A stretch of 56,241 nt of DNA from Bacteroidia bacterium (GTDB taxonomy: Bacteria; Bacteroidota; Bacteroidia; B-17B0; Aurantibacillaceae): NCBI GenBank assembly GCA_018057345.1, contig JAGPDW010000001.1, forward strand, positions 13,669 to 69,909, in the 5' to 3' direction. The notes under the pieces are model-generated. The model had not been told where the DNA came from. It made no database searches and saw only the letters and a list, made by a program, of their open reading frames with translations. Position numbers and translations under genes: made by a program. This document shows positions 46,439 to 55,945 of the stretch, piece after piece. The number at the start of each line of letters is the position of its first letter. The first letter of the stretch is position 1.

Positions 46439-47845
46439 ATGGCAACAGATAATACATATTCAAACCTGATCCATCAAACCTTTAATTTCCCGCAAGAGGG
46501 GTTTGAGGTTAAAGACGATCAATTGTACTTTAATGATATACCTTTAATGGATATCATTAAACAGTACGGCACTCCTTTGAGGATCAGTTATTTACCTAAA
46601 ATTTCCTCGCAGATCCAAAAAGCCAAGCGAATGTTCAATGTGGCCATGGCTAAATCGGACTATAAAGGCAAGTACTTTTACTGTTATTGTACTAAAAGCT
46701 CGCACTTTAGTTTTGTGCTTGATGAAGTGTTAAAAAATGAGTGTCATATTGAGACTTCATCAGCGTTTGACATCAATATTATAAAAGAACAATTTCAAAA
46801 AAAGACCTTAAACAAAGATACGTATATTATTTGTAATGGATATAAGCGTAGCAATTACAAGCAGAACATCTGCGAATTGATAAATGATGGATTTAATGTG
46901 ATACCTGTATTGGATCACTTAGATGAAATTGACTACTACAAAAAACACGCAAAGGTTGATAAAGTTAATATTGGAATTCGCATTAGCACTGAAGAAGAAC
47001 CATCGTTTACATTCTATACATCACGTTTAGGGATCCGTGATTCGCAAATTCTAGATTTTTACAAAGAAAAAATTCAGGGCAATTCAAAATTCAATTTAAA
47101 ATTATTACACTTCTTTATCAATACAGGAATTAAGGATACGATTTATTATTGGACAGAATTAACCAAGTGTTTGAGCATTTATAAAAGCTTGCGCGAAATT
47201 TGTCCGGGTTTAGACTCATTGAACATTGGAGGGGGAATGCCAATTCGTACATCATTAGGTTTTGAATATGATTACGAATACATGGTGGAAGAGATCATCT
47301 CGCAAATAAAATTATTTTGTGTGGAAAATGAAATTCCTGAGCCCAATATCTTTACTGAATTTGGTTCGTACACCGTTGGCGAAAGTGGCGCAACACTTTA
47401 CAGCATCATTGATCAGAAAAAACAAAACGATCGTGAAACGTGGTATATGATCGATAGTTCATTTATCACTACACTTCCTGATACATGGGGAATTAATCAA
47501 CGTTTTATCTTAATGGCAATCAATCATTGGGATAAGCCGTACATTCCTGTGAACTTAGGCGGACTAACTTGCGACAGTATGGATTATTATAATACCGAGG
47601 CGCATACCAATCAAGTATTTTTACCAAAGGTAGAAGACAAACAAAAAGTACCATTGTATCTTGGATTTTTTCACACCGGAGCATATCAAGAAGCATTAAG
47701 TGGATACGGTGGCACACAACACTGTTTAATTCCTGCACCAAAACATGTTTTAATTGATCGCGATGAAGAAAGCGGAGAAATTACAACACGCTTGTTTGCA
47801 AAGGAGCAGAGTTATAAGAGCATGATGAAGATATTGGGATATTGA
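46439..47845 (+). CDS. speA: Arginine decarboxylase (fold-type III PLP enzyme, short Bacteroidota type)
   Basis: YCTKSS (PLP Lys), CNGYK, SRLG, NIGGG, TEFG, GLTCDS, HTGAYQE. Confidence 0.85.
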   Translation: MATDNTYSNLIHQTFNFPQEGFEVKDDQLYFNDIPLMDIIKQYGTPLRISYLPKISSQIQKAKRMFNVAMAKSDYKGKYFYCYCTKSSHFSFVLDEVLKNECHIETSSAFDINIIKEQFQKKTLNKDTYIICNGYKRSNYKQNICELINDGFNVIPVLDHLDEIDYYKKHAKVDKVNIGIRISTEEEPSFTFYTSRLGIRDSQILDFYKEKIQGNSKFNLKLLHFFINTGIKDTIYYWTELTKCLSIYKSLREICPGLDSLNIGGGMPIRTSLGFEYDYEYMVEEIISQIKLFCVENEIPEPNIFTEFGSYTVGESGATLYSIIDQKKQNDRETWYMIDSSFITTLPDTWGINQRFILMAINHWDKPYIPVNLGGLTCDSMDYYNTEAHTNQVFLPKVEDKQKVPLYLGFFHTGAYQEALSGYGGTQHCLIPAPKHVLIDRDEESGEITTRLFAKEQSYKSMMKILGY

Positions 47846-47921
47846 GAAGTACGAATGACGAAGTACGAATCTGGACGCCTAAGCAGTTAGATTCGTCACT
47901 CGTATTTCCAACTTCGTACTT
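47846..47921. repeat. Inverted heptamer (ACGAAGT/ACGAATG) micro-array between convergent genes
   Basis: GAAGT-ACGAATG-ACGAAGT-ACGAATCT ... AGATTCGT-CACTCGT-ATTTCCA-ACTTCGT-ACTT. Confidence 0.75.
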
Positions 47922-49425
47922 AACTTTTTAGTTCAATGCAAAACGTGGTTCCCTTGCCCACTTCACTATCACTTACAAAGATCTTACCATCGTGGTAATT
48001 TTCGATGATGCGTTTGCATAAACTTAAACCTAGTCCCCTACCTCTTTGTTTAGTAGTGTAACCGGGTTTAAATACTTCGTTGAATTTATTTTTTGATATG
48101 CCTTTTCCTGTATCGCTGATAAAGATCTTAACCTGCTCAGGCTTTTCGATCATGATAATTTTTAAAGTTCCTTTGCCATCCATGGCATCTACGGCATTCT
48201 TGCACAAATTCTCAATTACCCATTCAAATAATGGTCCGGATAAATTTACTTGAATTGGATGATCGGGTAATTTAATTTCAAAATTGACATTCTTAGAAGT
48301 GCGCTTTCTTAAATAATCAATACTCTTTGCCAGCAAACCAACAATATCCTCATGCACCAATGTTGGTTGTGAACCAATTTTTGAGAAGCGATCGGTAATG
48401 GTATTCAATCGCATCACATCGTTTTGCATTTCATTTATGATCTCAGGATCAACGCCCAATCCTTTTATGTGTTCGTTCCAAGCAAGTAAAGAAGATAAAG
48501 GTGTTCCTAATTGATGAGCAGTTTCTTTACTCATTCCTACCCAAACTTGATCTTGCTCGGCTTTGCGCGCTGTGCTAAATAAAATATACGCGATCAATAA
48601 AAATAAACCTATTACACCAAACTGCACATAAGGATAGTATTTTAATTGTGTGAGCAAATTAGATTGCGCATAAAAAATATAATTAATAGTTCCCTCTCCA
48701 AGATCAATTTCTATAGGCGTATTCTCACTGCTCAATTCGTCAAGTTTCTTCGCGAGTTTTTCGGGTGTTTTAATACTAAGACTATCCACTTTGCCAAATG
48801 AGATCACTTTTGTTTTATTGTTATCGGTATAAATCACAGGAACCTCAGCAGAGTTAACAGCCACCTCGGCAATAAATGATTTTATTAAACTATCAAATAC
48901 TAATTTGATATCGTTGAACACGCGACTATCCTTGTAATACAAATATTGCTTAGTGGTTTTGTAAACTTGGATCTCTACAGGAGGGTACATGGTTTTCATC
49001 AACTCCAATTCATTTTTCATGAACGCCGTATCCTTTTCCTTTTCCGGATCAAAATTCTTTTTGGCTGTGATCTGATCTTTTTCATCGGCCAAAATAATTG
49101 GCACCGTTGTATTATCTTCTAATACATACAGTAAAAAATTAAACGTTGAATTAGAATTATCTTTGGTAAGTTGCTCAGTAGTTTTGGCGTAAAGAACAGC
49201 TTTCTTGCGTTCTTCTAATTTCATTTTTTCGAATAAGGTATTAGTGAACTTTACAAGATTCGCTTTTTTCTGAACAGCGTCGGCCCATAATCTCACTTTA
49301 CGTCGCTCATCTTCGGCAATACGTTTTACTAAATTATTAGTGTACCACAACGAACATATCACAATAATAAAAGCAGCTATTGCCAATAGCCATTTCCATT
49401 TTTGTTTGCGCGTGTAGATGTTCAT
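47920..49425 (-). CDS. Membrane sensor histidine kinase (orphan)
   Basis: Two TM segments; H-box ETAHQLGTPLS; N-box ENLCKNAVDA; DTGKG; GRGLGL. Confidence 0.93.
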   Translation of the reverse strand: MNIYTRKQKWKWLLAIAAFIIVICSLWYTNNLVKRIAEDERRKVRLWADAVQKKANLVKFTNTLFEKMKLEERKKAVLYAKTTEQLTKDNSNSTFNFLLYVLEDNTTVPIILADEKDQITAKKNFDPEKEKDTAFMKNELELMKTMYPPVEIQVYKTTKQYLYYKDSRVFNDIKLVFDSLIKSFIAEVAVNSAEVPVIYTDNNKTKVISFGKVDSLSIKTPEKLAKKLDELSSENTPIEIDLGEGTINYIFYAQSNLLTQLKYYPYVQFGVIGLFLLIAYILFSTARKAEQDQVWVGMSKETAHQLGTPLSSLLAWNEHIKGLGVDPEIINEMQNDVMRLNTITDRFSKIGSQPTLVHEDIVGLLAKSIDYLRKRTSKNVNFEIKLPDHPIQVNLSGPLFEWVIENLCKNAVDAMDGKGTLKIIMIEKPEQVKIFISDTGKGISKNKFNEVFKPGYTTKQRGRGLGLSLCKRIIENYHDGKIFVSDSEVGKGTTFCIELKS

Positions 49426-49594
49426 ATAGTAATAACGTTAAATTTACCTCATTATTATCAAACCACAAATAGAGGTGATGAATATTCTATCGAGAGAAAA
49501 CATCAAACTTTTTTGAAGCATAGATCTTGTGCGAATTTTTTCTTGCAAACAAACGTATCATAATGTAACCGAATGCTTTTATCCGTGATGCATT

Positions 49595-49798
49595 AAACCA
49601 ATATGTCACCCCTAAAGGGGCTCTGATCACCATTGCTTATTTCGCCCCCTTCGAGGGCTACCGATATGTCGCTCCTACGGAGCTAGGAAATTACATGAAT
49701 TTTATTTGGTTGTTTTAAATAGTCCCGAAGGGACGACATATCGGTAAATCCGAATGTAATACTATAACAAAGCCCCTTTAGGGGCGGCATATCGGTTT
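49595..49798. repeat. Cluster of four REP-like palindromes (two direct, two inverted)
   Basis: Copies at 49595-49622, 49659-49684, 49721-49746 (inverted) and 49771-49798 (inverted). Consensus ACCRATATGYCRYYCCTWMGGRRCT. Confidence 0.85.
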
Positions 49799-49836
49799 AT
49801 GTTACTTCTCTTGCAGAATTAATAGCACTTCTAAAT

Positions 49837-49863
49837 AAAAAACCTCCCGTAAAGGGAGGTTTT
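49837..49863 (-). terminator. Rho-independent terminator after slyD
   Basis: AAAAAACCTCCC-gtaaa-GGGAGGTTTT. Confidence 0.8.
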
Positions 49864-49879
49864 CTAAAGGTATATTCAA

Positions 49880-50395
49880 TTAATGATGGTGATGTCCACC
49901 TTTTCCGTGAACATGGCCGTGATCCAGCTCTTCAGAACTTGCTTCTCTTACTTCAAGCACTTCGCCCACAAAATGAAGATCATTTCCTGCCAAAGGATGA
50001 TTAAAATCCATGCGTACATGCGCCTCGGATATCTCAAGAACATGTCCAATTAATTTATTGCCTTCTGCATCGTGCATTTCAATATCGTTTCCAACAAAAA
50101 CACGCTCTGTATCAAAATTACCATCCACAATAAATGCTTGCTTATCAATATTGATAATATAATCCTGTTCTACAATTCCGTATCCATCAACCGCCTTCAC
50201 TCTAAAATCAAATTTATCGCCAACTTTTTTATTTAATAAATTCTGTTCGAAATCGGGTAATAACGAACTCATTCCGAATATAAACGCGAAAGGATGTTCT
50301 GCATCTGTTTGCTCAATTAATTCCTCGGTTCCTCCATTTTTGCTTGCAGTTAGATGATAACTTACCACCGCTACTTTGTTTTCTGTGATTGTCAT
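49880..50395 (-). CDS. slyD: FKBP-type peptidyl-prolyl isomerase SlyD
   Basis: DFNHPLAG, REASSEELDHGHVHG, His-rich tail. Confidence 0.93.
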   Translation of the reverse strand: MTITENKVAVVSYHLTASKNGGTEELIEQTDAEHPFAFIFGMSSLLPDFEQNLLNKKVGDKFDFRVKAVDGYGIVEQDYIINIDKQAFIVDGNFDTERVFVGNDIEMHDAEGNKLIGHVLEISEAHVRMDFNHPLAGNDLHFVGEVLEVREASSEELDHGHVHGKGGHHHH

Positions 50396-50419
50396 TTTTT
50401 TTGTTGTTTGTTTTGTTAT

Positions 50420-50443
50420 CCACCGTAGCTTTAGCGAAGGTGG
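50420..50443. repeat. Short REP-like palindrome CCACCGTAGCTTTAGCGAAGGTGG
   Basis: GC-rich imperfect hairpin in an AT-rich spacer; single copy in this window. Confidence 0.45.
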
Positions 50444-50455
50444 GGGTTAAAAAAT

Positions 50456-50486
50456 TAAGCCATTCGCTTTTTAACTGAATGGCTTA
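50456..50486 (-). terminator. Hairpin terminator after the aldehyde dehydrogenase
   Basis: TAAGCCATTC...GAATGGCTTA, followed by a U run on the minus strand. Confidence 0.65.
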
Positions 50487-50514
50487 TTACAGTTATAAAT
50501 TTATTAAAATTTTC

Positions 50515-52041
50515 TTAATTCAAGTCGAATTTTATGCCTTGGGCCAAAGGTAAATTTGAACCATAATTCACAGTATTGGTTTGTCTACGCATATAGGCTT
50601 TCCAAGCATCCGAGCCGCTTTCGCGTCCGCCACCCGTTTCTTTTTCTCCTCCAAAAGCACCACCAATTTCGGCGCCGCTAGTTCCAATATTTACATTGGC
50701 AATTCCACAATCACTTCCTGTAGCGCTTAAAAATAATTCTGCTTCGCGAACATTTAATGTCATAATTGCGCTTGATAAACCCTGAGGCACTCCATTTTGT
50801 AATTCAATGGCCTCTTCAATAGTTTTGTATTTTATCAAATATAAAATCGGCGCAAATGTTTCGTGCTGCACAATGCTCATATCGTTTTTTGCTTCAACAA
50901 TAGCAGGTTTTACATAACAACCGCTTTCGTATCCTTTTCCTTCTAATACACCACCGGGAATAACAATTTTTCCTCCTTCGGTTATTGCGGCTTCAATAGA
51001 ACTCATGTATGCTCGCACGGCATCTTTATCAATAAGCGGACCAACATGATTTTTTTCATCCAAAGGATTTCCAATTTTTAATTGCGCATATGCTTTTATA
51101 AGTTTTTCTTTCAACGAATCAAAAATGCTTTCGTGAATAATTAAACGGCGCGTAGAAGTACAACGCTGCCCTGCAGTTCCAATTGCCCCAAATACGGCAC
51201 CAATTATGGTCATATCCAGATCAGCATTTGGCGTAACAATGATCGAATTATTTCCACCCAATTCTAAAATTGATCTTCCAAAACGCTCAGCTACTTTTGT
51301 ACCAACAATTTTTCCCATGCGTGTTGAACCTGTTGCCGAGATCAATGGCACATGAATATCTGTAGATAAATATTCGCCTACTTTAAAATCACCATTTACA
51401 ATACACGAAATTCCTTCGGGTAACTTATTTTCTTTTGCTACTTCATTCCAAATATGTTGACAAGCGATAGAACACAAAGGCGTTTTTTCGGATGGTTTCC
51501 AAATACACGTATCTCCGCTTATCCATGCTAAAGCAGTATTCCAAGCCCATACAGCAACCGGGAAATTAAATGCGCTAATAATTCCAACAACGCCTAATGG
51601 ATGCCATTGCTCCATCATACGATGATTTCCGCGTTCGCTTTGAATAGTTAATCCATATAATTGACGAGATAATCCAACTGCAAAATCGCAAATGTCAATC
51701 ATCTCTTGCACTTCGCCCAAACCTTCTTGATATGATTTTCCCATTTCGTAGGAAACCAGTTTACCAAGCATCGCTTTTTTCGCGCGCAATTTATCTCCAA
51801 ACTGACGAACATATTCGCCACGCTTTGGCGCAGGGATTGTTCTCCAATATTTAAATGCCGTTGTGGCTGCGGTAATTACTTTTTGGTAATCAGCCCTTGT
51901 GCCTGTTTTTACTTTTGCTATTAATTTTCCATCAACAGGACTATAAGATTCCAATACATCACCATTTGCAAACCATGTTGAACCGGTACTGCAACCATCA
52001 TTCACTTCTTTTATTCCTAATGCTTTTAGAACGTCTTGCAT
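50515..52041 (-). CDS. ALDH family 7 (piperideine-6-carboxylate / aminoadipate-semialdehyde dehydrogenase-like)
   Basis: SAFNFPVAV, WKPSEKTP, LELGGNN, GTAGQRCTS, ETFAP, GGRESGSDAWK. Confidence 0.92.
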   Translation of the reverse strand: MQDVLKALGIKEVNDGCSTGSTWFANGDVLESYSPVDGKLIAKVKTGTRADYQKVITAATTAFKYWRTIPAPKRGEYVRQFGDKLRAKKAMLGKLVSYEMGKSYQEGLGEVQEMIDICDFAVGLSRQLYGLTIQSERGNHRMMEQWHPLGVVGIISAFNFPVAVWAWNTALAWISGDTCIWKPSEKTPLCSIACQHIWNEVAKENKLPEGISCIVNGDFKVGEYLSTDIHVPLISATGSTRMGKIVGTKVAERFGRSILELGGNNSIIVTPNADLDMTIIGAVFGAIGTAGQRCTSTRRLIIHESIFDSLKEKLIKAYAQLKIGNPLDEKNHVGPLIDKDAVRAYMSSIEAAITEGGKIVIPGGVLEGKGYESGCYVKPAIVEAKNDMSIVQHETFAPILYLIKYKTIEEAIELQNGVPQGLSSAIMTLNVREAELFLSATGSDCGIANVNIGTSGAEIGGAFGGEKETGGGRESGSDAWKAYMRRQTNTVNYGSNLPLAQGIKFDLN

Positions 52042-52117
52042 ATCATAAATTTAGGTGTCTAATTTACGCATAACTTCTTTTAAAAGGAATAATTAGTTAC
52101 ATTTATTTGCTTTAATT

Positions 52118-53008
52118 ATGAAACGAAAACTTCTTTTTATCCTAAACCCAAAAGCCGGAAAAGGCGGAGCTGTGAATCTATTCGATTTTATAAAAAGCTC
52201 TGTGCCAAAGGAAATGGAATATTCAATAGAAGTATTCAAGGATTCGGCCGAGTTTGAAAAGATCATTTCTACACTTCACACTCAACACTATACCGATGCC
52301 GTTGCGGTTGGGGGCGATGGAACTATTAATTCGGTTGCTAAAAATTTAGTTGGCACATCTATTATTTTAGGTATAATTCCACAAGGTTCCGGAAATGGTT
52401 TAGCAAGAACACTGGGTATTTCTATGGATATTAAAACTTCCATTGAAGATGTGATCAAAGGAAAAAACACAAAGATCGATCATGGCACTGTAAATGGTAT
52501 TCCGTTCTTTTGCACGAGTGGAATTGGGTTTGATGCTCATATTGGGAATTTATTTGCTCAGTCGAAAAAACGCGGCTTGCAAAGTTATGTAAAGATAACG
52601 CTAAGGGAAATTTTAAGATACAAATGCAAAAATTATGTGATCAAATTAAATGGTGAAGAGCTAAAACGTAAAGCGTATTTGATAACCATTGCTAATGCCG
52701 GACAATACGGCAACGATTTTTACATTGCGCCAAAAGCGAAATTAACTGATGGAAAATTTCATGTGGTAGTTTTACATCCTTTCAATTTTTTTAGTGCGTT
52801 CGGTATTTTTATAAAAGTTCTAAGGGGAAAAGCCAACGAATCGCGACATATTGAAACTTTTACAACCAACAAATTAACTATAGAGCGAGAAGGTAAAGAT
52901 GCGATCCATTTTGATGGCGAACCTGAATTTCAGGGAGAAAAGTTAGAGTATATCTGTCATCACCAACTATTGAATGTTATTGTTGGCAAGACATTCAACG
53001 CTAGTTAA
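52118..53008 (+). CDS. Diacylglycerol kinase family (YegS/BmrU-like) lipid kinase
   Basis: NPKAG, GGDGT, GSGNGLAR, GIGFDA, DGE. Confidence 0.92.
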   Translation: MKRKLLFILNPKAGKGGAVNLFDFIKSSVPKEMEYSIEVFKDSAEFEKIISTLHTQHYTDAVAVGGDGTINSVAKNLVGTSIILGIIPQGSGNGLARTLGISMDIKTSIEDVIKGKNTKIDHGTVNGIPFFCTSGIGFDAHIGNLFAQSKKRGLQSYVKITLREILRYKCKNYVIKLNGEELKRKAYLITIANAGQYGNDFYIAPKAKLTDGKFHVVVLHPFNFFSAFGIFIKVLRGKANESRHIETFTTNKLTIEREGKDAIHFDGEPEFQGEKLEYICHHQLLNVIVGKTFNAS

Positions 53009-53086
53009 AAACAACTACTTTGCTAGTGATATATTTATTTGCTTCGTTATACGTGTTTCTTTACATTTACCAATAAATTATACCTT

Positions 53087-53581
53087 ATGATCATTAAACA
53101 ATTTTTTATCCTAGCTACATGTCTAGCGCTTTTTGGTTGCTCGGGCAGCTTTAGTAAAGGCGTTAAAAAAGATCTTTCAACTGGTCTTACTGCCACTTAC
53201 AATGGTTTAACTTTATCGGAGATCTATTTAGTAGTTGATGAACAAAAAGCCAATAGCAATAAAATTGTTTTAGGGAAAAAAGTAATTGTTGTTGCTAATG
53301 GTGTTGATTATTTTACTGTAGAGAACGGAAAAGTATTTCCGGGCTGTAGTATTGTTTTAACCGACAAAAAAGGAAAAGAGCTTTTGAATTTACCAGATGC
53401 GTTTGGACATCTTAACGATGGCACTAGCGCTAGCGAAGCAGCCACATTACAGGCCGAGCTAAATACAGGCGAGCCTATGTTGGTAGATGAAAAATATCTT
53501 TTAAAAGTTAGATTTTACGATAAACGCAATAAGGAAAATGAAATAAAGGCAGATATAACTTTGCTAGTTGTTGGCTTGTAA
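53087..53581 (+). CDS. Hypothetical lipoprotein
   Basis: Lipobox LFGC after a start at 53087 (MIIKQ); GVKKDL.TGL motif. Confidence 0.7.
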   Translation: MIIKQFFILATCLALFGCSGSFSKGVKKDLSTGLTATYNGLTLSEIYLVVDEQKANSNKIVLGKKVIVVANGVDYFTVENGKVFPGCSIVLTDKKGKELLNLPDAFGHLNDGTSASEAATLQAELNTGEPMLVDEKYLLKVRFYDKRNKENEIKADITLLVVGL

Positions 53582-53583
53582 TA

Positions 53584-54345
53584 TCAGGCCTGATCTAATT
53601 TTTTAATGTAGTTCAAAAAAAGCGTCATCGCTTTTCGCTTATCTTCATTTAAATTATAATCAATGCGCTGAGTAAGGTACTCCAGCGCTTTTTCTTTTGA
53701 TAAAGATAGATTTCCTGAACTTTCATTAATAGCATCTCCAATATGATCAACACCATATTTTAAAACCGCGTTGAATTCTTTGATAAGAATCTCATCTATT
53801 TTTTCGGTGCTCACCCAGGCAGCGAACACAAAAGGTAATTCGGTAAATTTGAACCATTCTTCGGCCAGGTCGTATTCGTAATTATATTTTCCATTAAGAT
53901 CAAACGTGCGATCGCCAATTACAACCGAAGCATTTTTGTGCTTCGTATCACTTTCAAAACCGGGAATGGCATCTACATACTTGGGTTTTATTTTCCAAAA
54001 GAATTTACATAACACTTTTGTAAGTGTGATTGAGGATCGTGATTGATAATCAAGTGTTATGCTTTCAATTTGATGTAAAGGAACTTCGCTGTATAATTTT
54101 ACGCTATCTACTTTTTTAAAAGCGCCTATACAAAAATCAGTTTCAATAAAATAACCAGGTAATTCGCTTAGGAGTGCTACAGGAACAAGGGCAAGGTCAA
54201 CCTGCTTGTATTTGAGTTTTTGGGCACAAATACTTGGGATATCCTCCTGAAGGTCGATGCGCTGGAAAAGTTCGCTACGCTTTAGTGCCCATTTAAAGGG
54301 CAGAGTATTAGTATAGTTAACAATGGATATTTTTACCTTGTTCAA
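53584..54345 (-). CDS. mqnA: Chorismate dehydratase MqnA (futalosine menaquinone pathway)
   Basis: VNYTNTLPF, CIGA...VDSV, SRSS, IGD, DLAEEW...TELPFVFAAW. Start uncertain (TTG at 54345 vs 54378). Confidence 0.85.
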   Translation of the reverse strand: MNKVKISIVNYTNTLPFKWALKRSELFQRIDLQEDIPSICAQKLKYKQVDLALVPVALLSELPGYFIETDFCIGAFKKVDSVKLYSEVPLHQIESITLDYQSRSSITLTKVLCKFFWKIKPKYVDAIPGFESDTKHKNASVVIGDRTFDLNGKYNYEYDLAEEWFKFTELPFVFAAWVSTEKIDEILIKEFNAVLKYGVDHIGDAINESSGNLSLSKEKALEYLTQRIDYNLNEDKRKAMTLFLNYIKKLDQA

Positions 54346-54386
54346 AACGCTGTAAAAGTAAGAAGAAAGCATTAGCAAATAAACTT

Positions 54387-54394
54387 TAATTTTG
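54387..54394 (+). promoter_or_regulatory. -7 element TAATTTTG for purM
   Basis: Exact TAnnTTTG match 8 nt before ATG 54403. Confidence 0.6.
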
Positions 54395-54402
54395 CATTGG
54401 TT

Positions 54403-55608
54403 ATGAGTAACGACAAATACAACCTTCGCGGCGTTTCAGCTTCTAAAGAAGATGTACACGCCGCTATTGCAAAACTCGACAAAGGACTTTTCCCGAAAGC
54501 ATTTTGCAAGATAGTGCCCGATGCCTTAATTGGTAGCGATAAACATTGTCTTGTGATGCACGCCGATGGTGCAGGAACAAAATCATCATTGGCTTATATG
54601 TATTGGAAGGAAACCGGCGATGTTAGCGTTTGGAAAGGCATTGCACAAGACGCGGTGATCATGAATGTAGATGATCTTATTTGCGTTGGAGCCACAAGTA
54701 ATATTTTATTATCATCTACCATTGGAAGAAATAAGAATTTAATTCCGGGCGAAGTTATTTCGGCTATCATTAATGGAACAGAAGAAGTTTTGCAGAGCTT
54801 ACGAGACAATGGTATTTCTATTTCTTCAACCGGTGGAGAAACTGCTGATGTTGGTGATCTTGTAAGAACCATTATTGTGGATAGTACGGTTGTTTGCCGA
54901 ATGGAAAGAAGTGATGTAATCTCTAACGATAATATCAAAGCAGGAAACGTTATTATTGGATTAAGCAGTTACGGAAAAGCCACTTACGAAAAAGAATATA
55001 ATAGTGGCATGGGCAGTAATGGTTTAACGAGCGCGCGCCATGATGTGTTTAATAGAGATCTTGCGAAAAAATTCCCAGAGAGTTTTGATAATGCATTGCC
55101 GGGCGAAGTTGTATATACCGGTGGATTAAATTTAACGGATAAAATAGAAGTTAACTATAGAGATTCACAAGCGAAAGATATCACCGAAAAAATTGATGCG
55201 GCAAAATTAGTGCTCTCACCTACTCGCACGTATGCGCCTATTGTGAAAAAGGTAATTGACGAGTTAGGTAATTCAAACATTAACGGCATTGTGCATTGCA
55301 GTGGTGGTGCTCAAACCAAAGTATTACATTTTTTAAATGATGGTTTACATGTGATCAAAGATCATTTGTTTGATGTGCCGCCTTTATTTAAAACTATTCA
55401 AGAGCAAAGCCATACCGAGCCAAAAGAAATGTATAAGGTGTTTAATATGGGGCACCGAATGGAATTTTATGTGAACGAAAAACACGCCATTGATATCATC
55501 TCTATTGCTAAAGCATTTAATGTAGAAGCAAAAATTATTGGAAGAGTAGAAAAAGGAGAAGGCAAAAAAGTATTCGTTAAAGGTGCTCTCGGAAATTTTG
55601 AGTATTAA
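54403..55608 (+). CDS. purM: Phosphoribosylformylglycinamidine cyclo-ligase (AIR synthase), Bacteroidota type
   Basis: RGVSASKEDVH, HADGAGTKS, GGETADV, GSNGLT, LSPTRTY, FNMG. Confidence 0.93.
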   Translation: MSNDKYNLRGVSASKEDVHAAIAKLDKGLFPKAFCKIVPDALIGSDKHCLVMHADGAGTKSSLAYMYWKETGDVSVWKGIAQDAVIMNVDDLICVGATSNILLSSTIGRNKNLIPGEVISAIINGTEEVLQSLRDNGISISSTGGETADVGDLVRTIIVDSTVVCRMERSDVISNDNIKAGNVIIGLSSYGKATYEKEYNSGMGSNGLTSARHDVFNRDLAKKFPESFDNALPGEVVYTGGLNLTDKIEVNYRDSQAKDITEKIDAAKLVLSPTRTYAPIVKKVIDELGNSNINGIVHCSGGAQTKVLHFLNDGLHVIKDHLFDVPPLFKTIQEQSHTEPKEMYKVFNMGHRMEFYVNEKHAIDIISIAKAFNVEAKIIGRVEKGEGKKVFVKGALGNFEY

Positions 55609-55627
55609 AAACCTAAAATACTAAAAC

Positions 55628-55658
55628 AAAAAAGGCTACCAAATGGTAGCCTTTTTTT
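55628..55658. terminator. Bidirectional Rho-independent terminator
   Basis: AAAAAAGGCTACCA-aa-TGGTAGCCTTTTTTT between convergent genes. Confidence 0.88.
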
Positions 55659-55673
55659 ATAATTAGGTTTTGA

Positions 55674-55925
55674 TTATTTTAAAGTACAATCTTCTCCTGT
55701 CAAATATGGACTAACCGTACCTATTGAGACAGCAGTCTCTTTAGTTGAATAAGATACACAATTTTCATCAACGTTCTTCTTCTTTACTTTTTTGTAAGTT
55801 ACAACGGTTGTTGAATTTACAGACCCTGGCGCATTATCCGTTTCTACACATTCACAAGTTAAATCTTTTTTGCAAGAAGCCATTGAAAGGCTCACAACTG
55901 CGGCAATTATAAATATTTTTTTCAT
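55674..55925 (-). CDS. Small Cys-rich lipoprotein (paralog 2)
   Basis: ASC-KKD lipobox, CEC, ENC, DC.LK. Confidence 0.85.
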   Translation of the reverse strand: MKKIFIIAAVVSLSMASCKKDLTCECVETDNAPGSVNSTTVVTYKKVKKKNVDENCVSYSTKETAVSIGTVSPYLTGEDCTLK

Positions 55926-55945
55926 TTTAATTGTTTTAAGTTTAA

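Noticed and set aside
49595-49798. Possible CRISPR array
   Set aside because: The repeats are in mixed orientation, degenerate and unevenly spaced, with no cas genes. REP-like instead.
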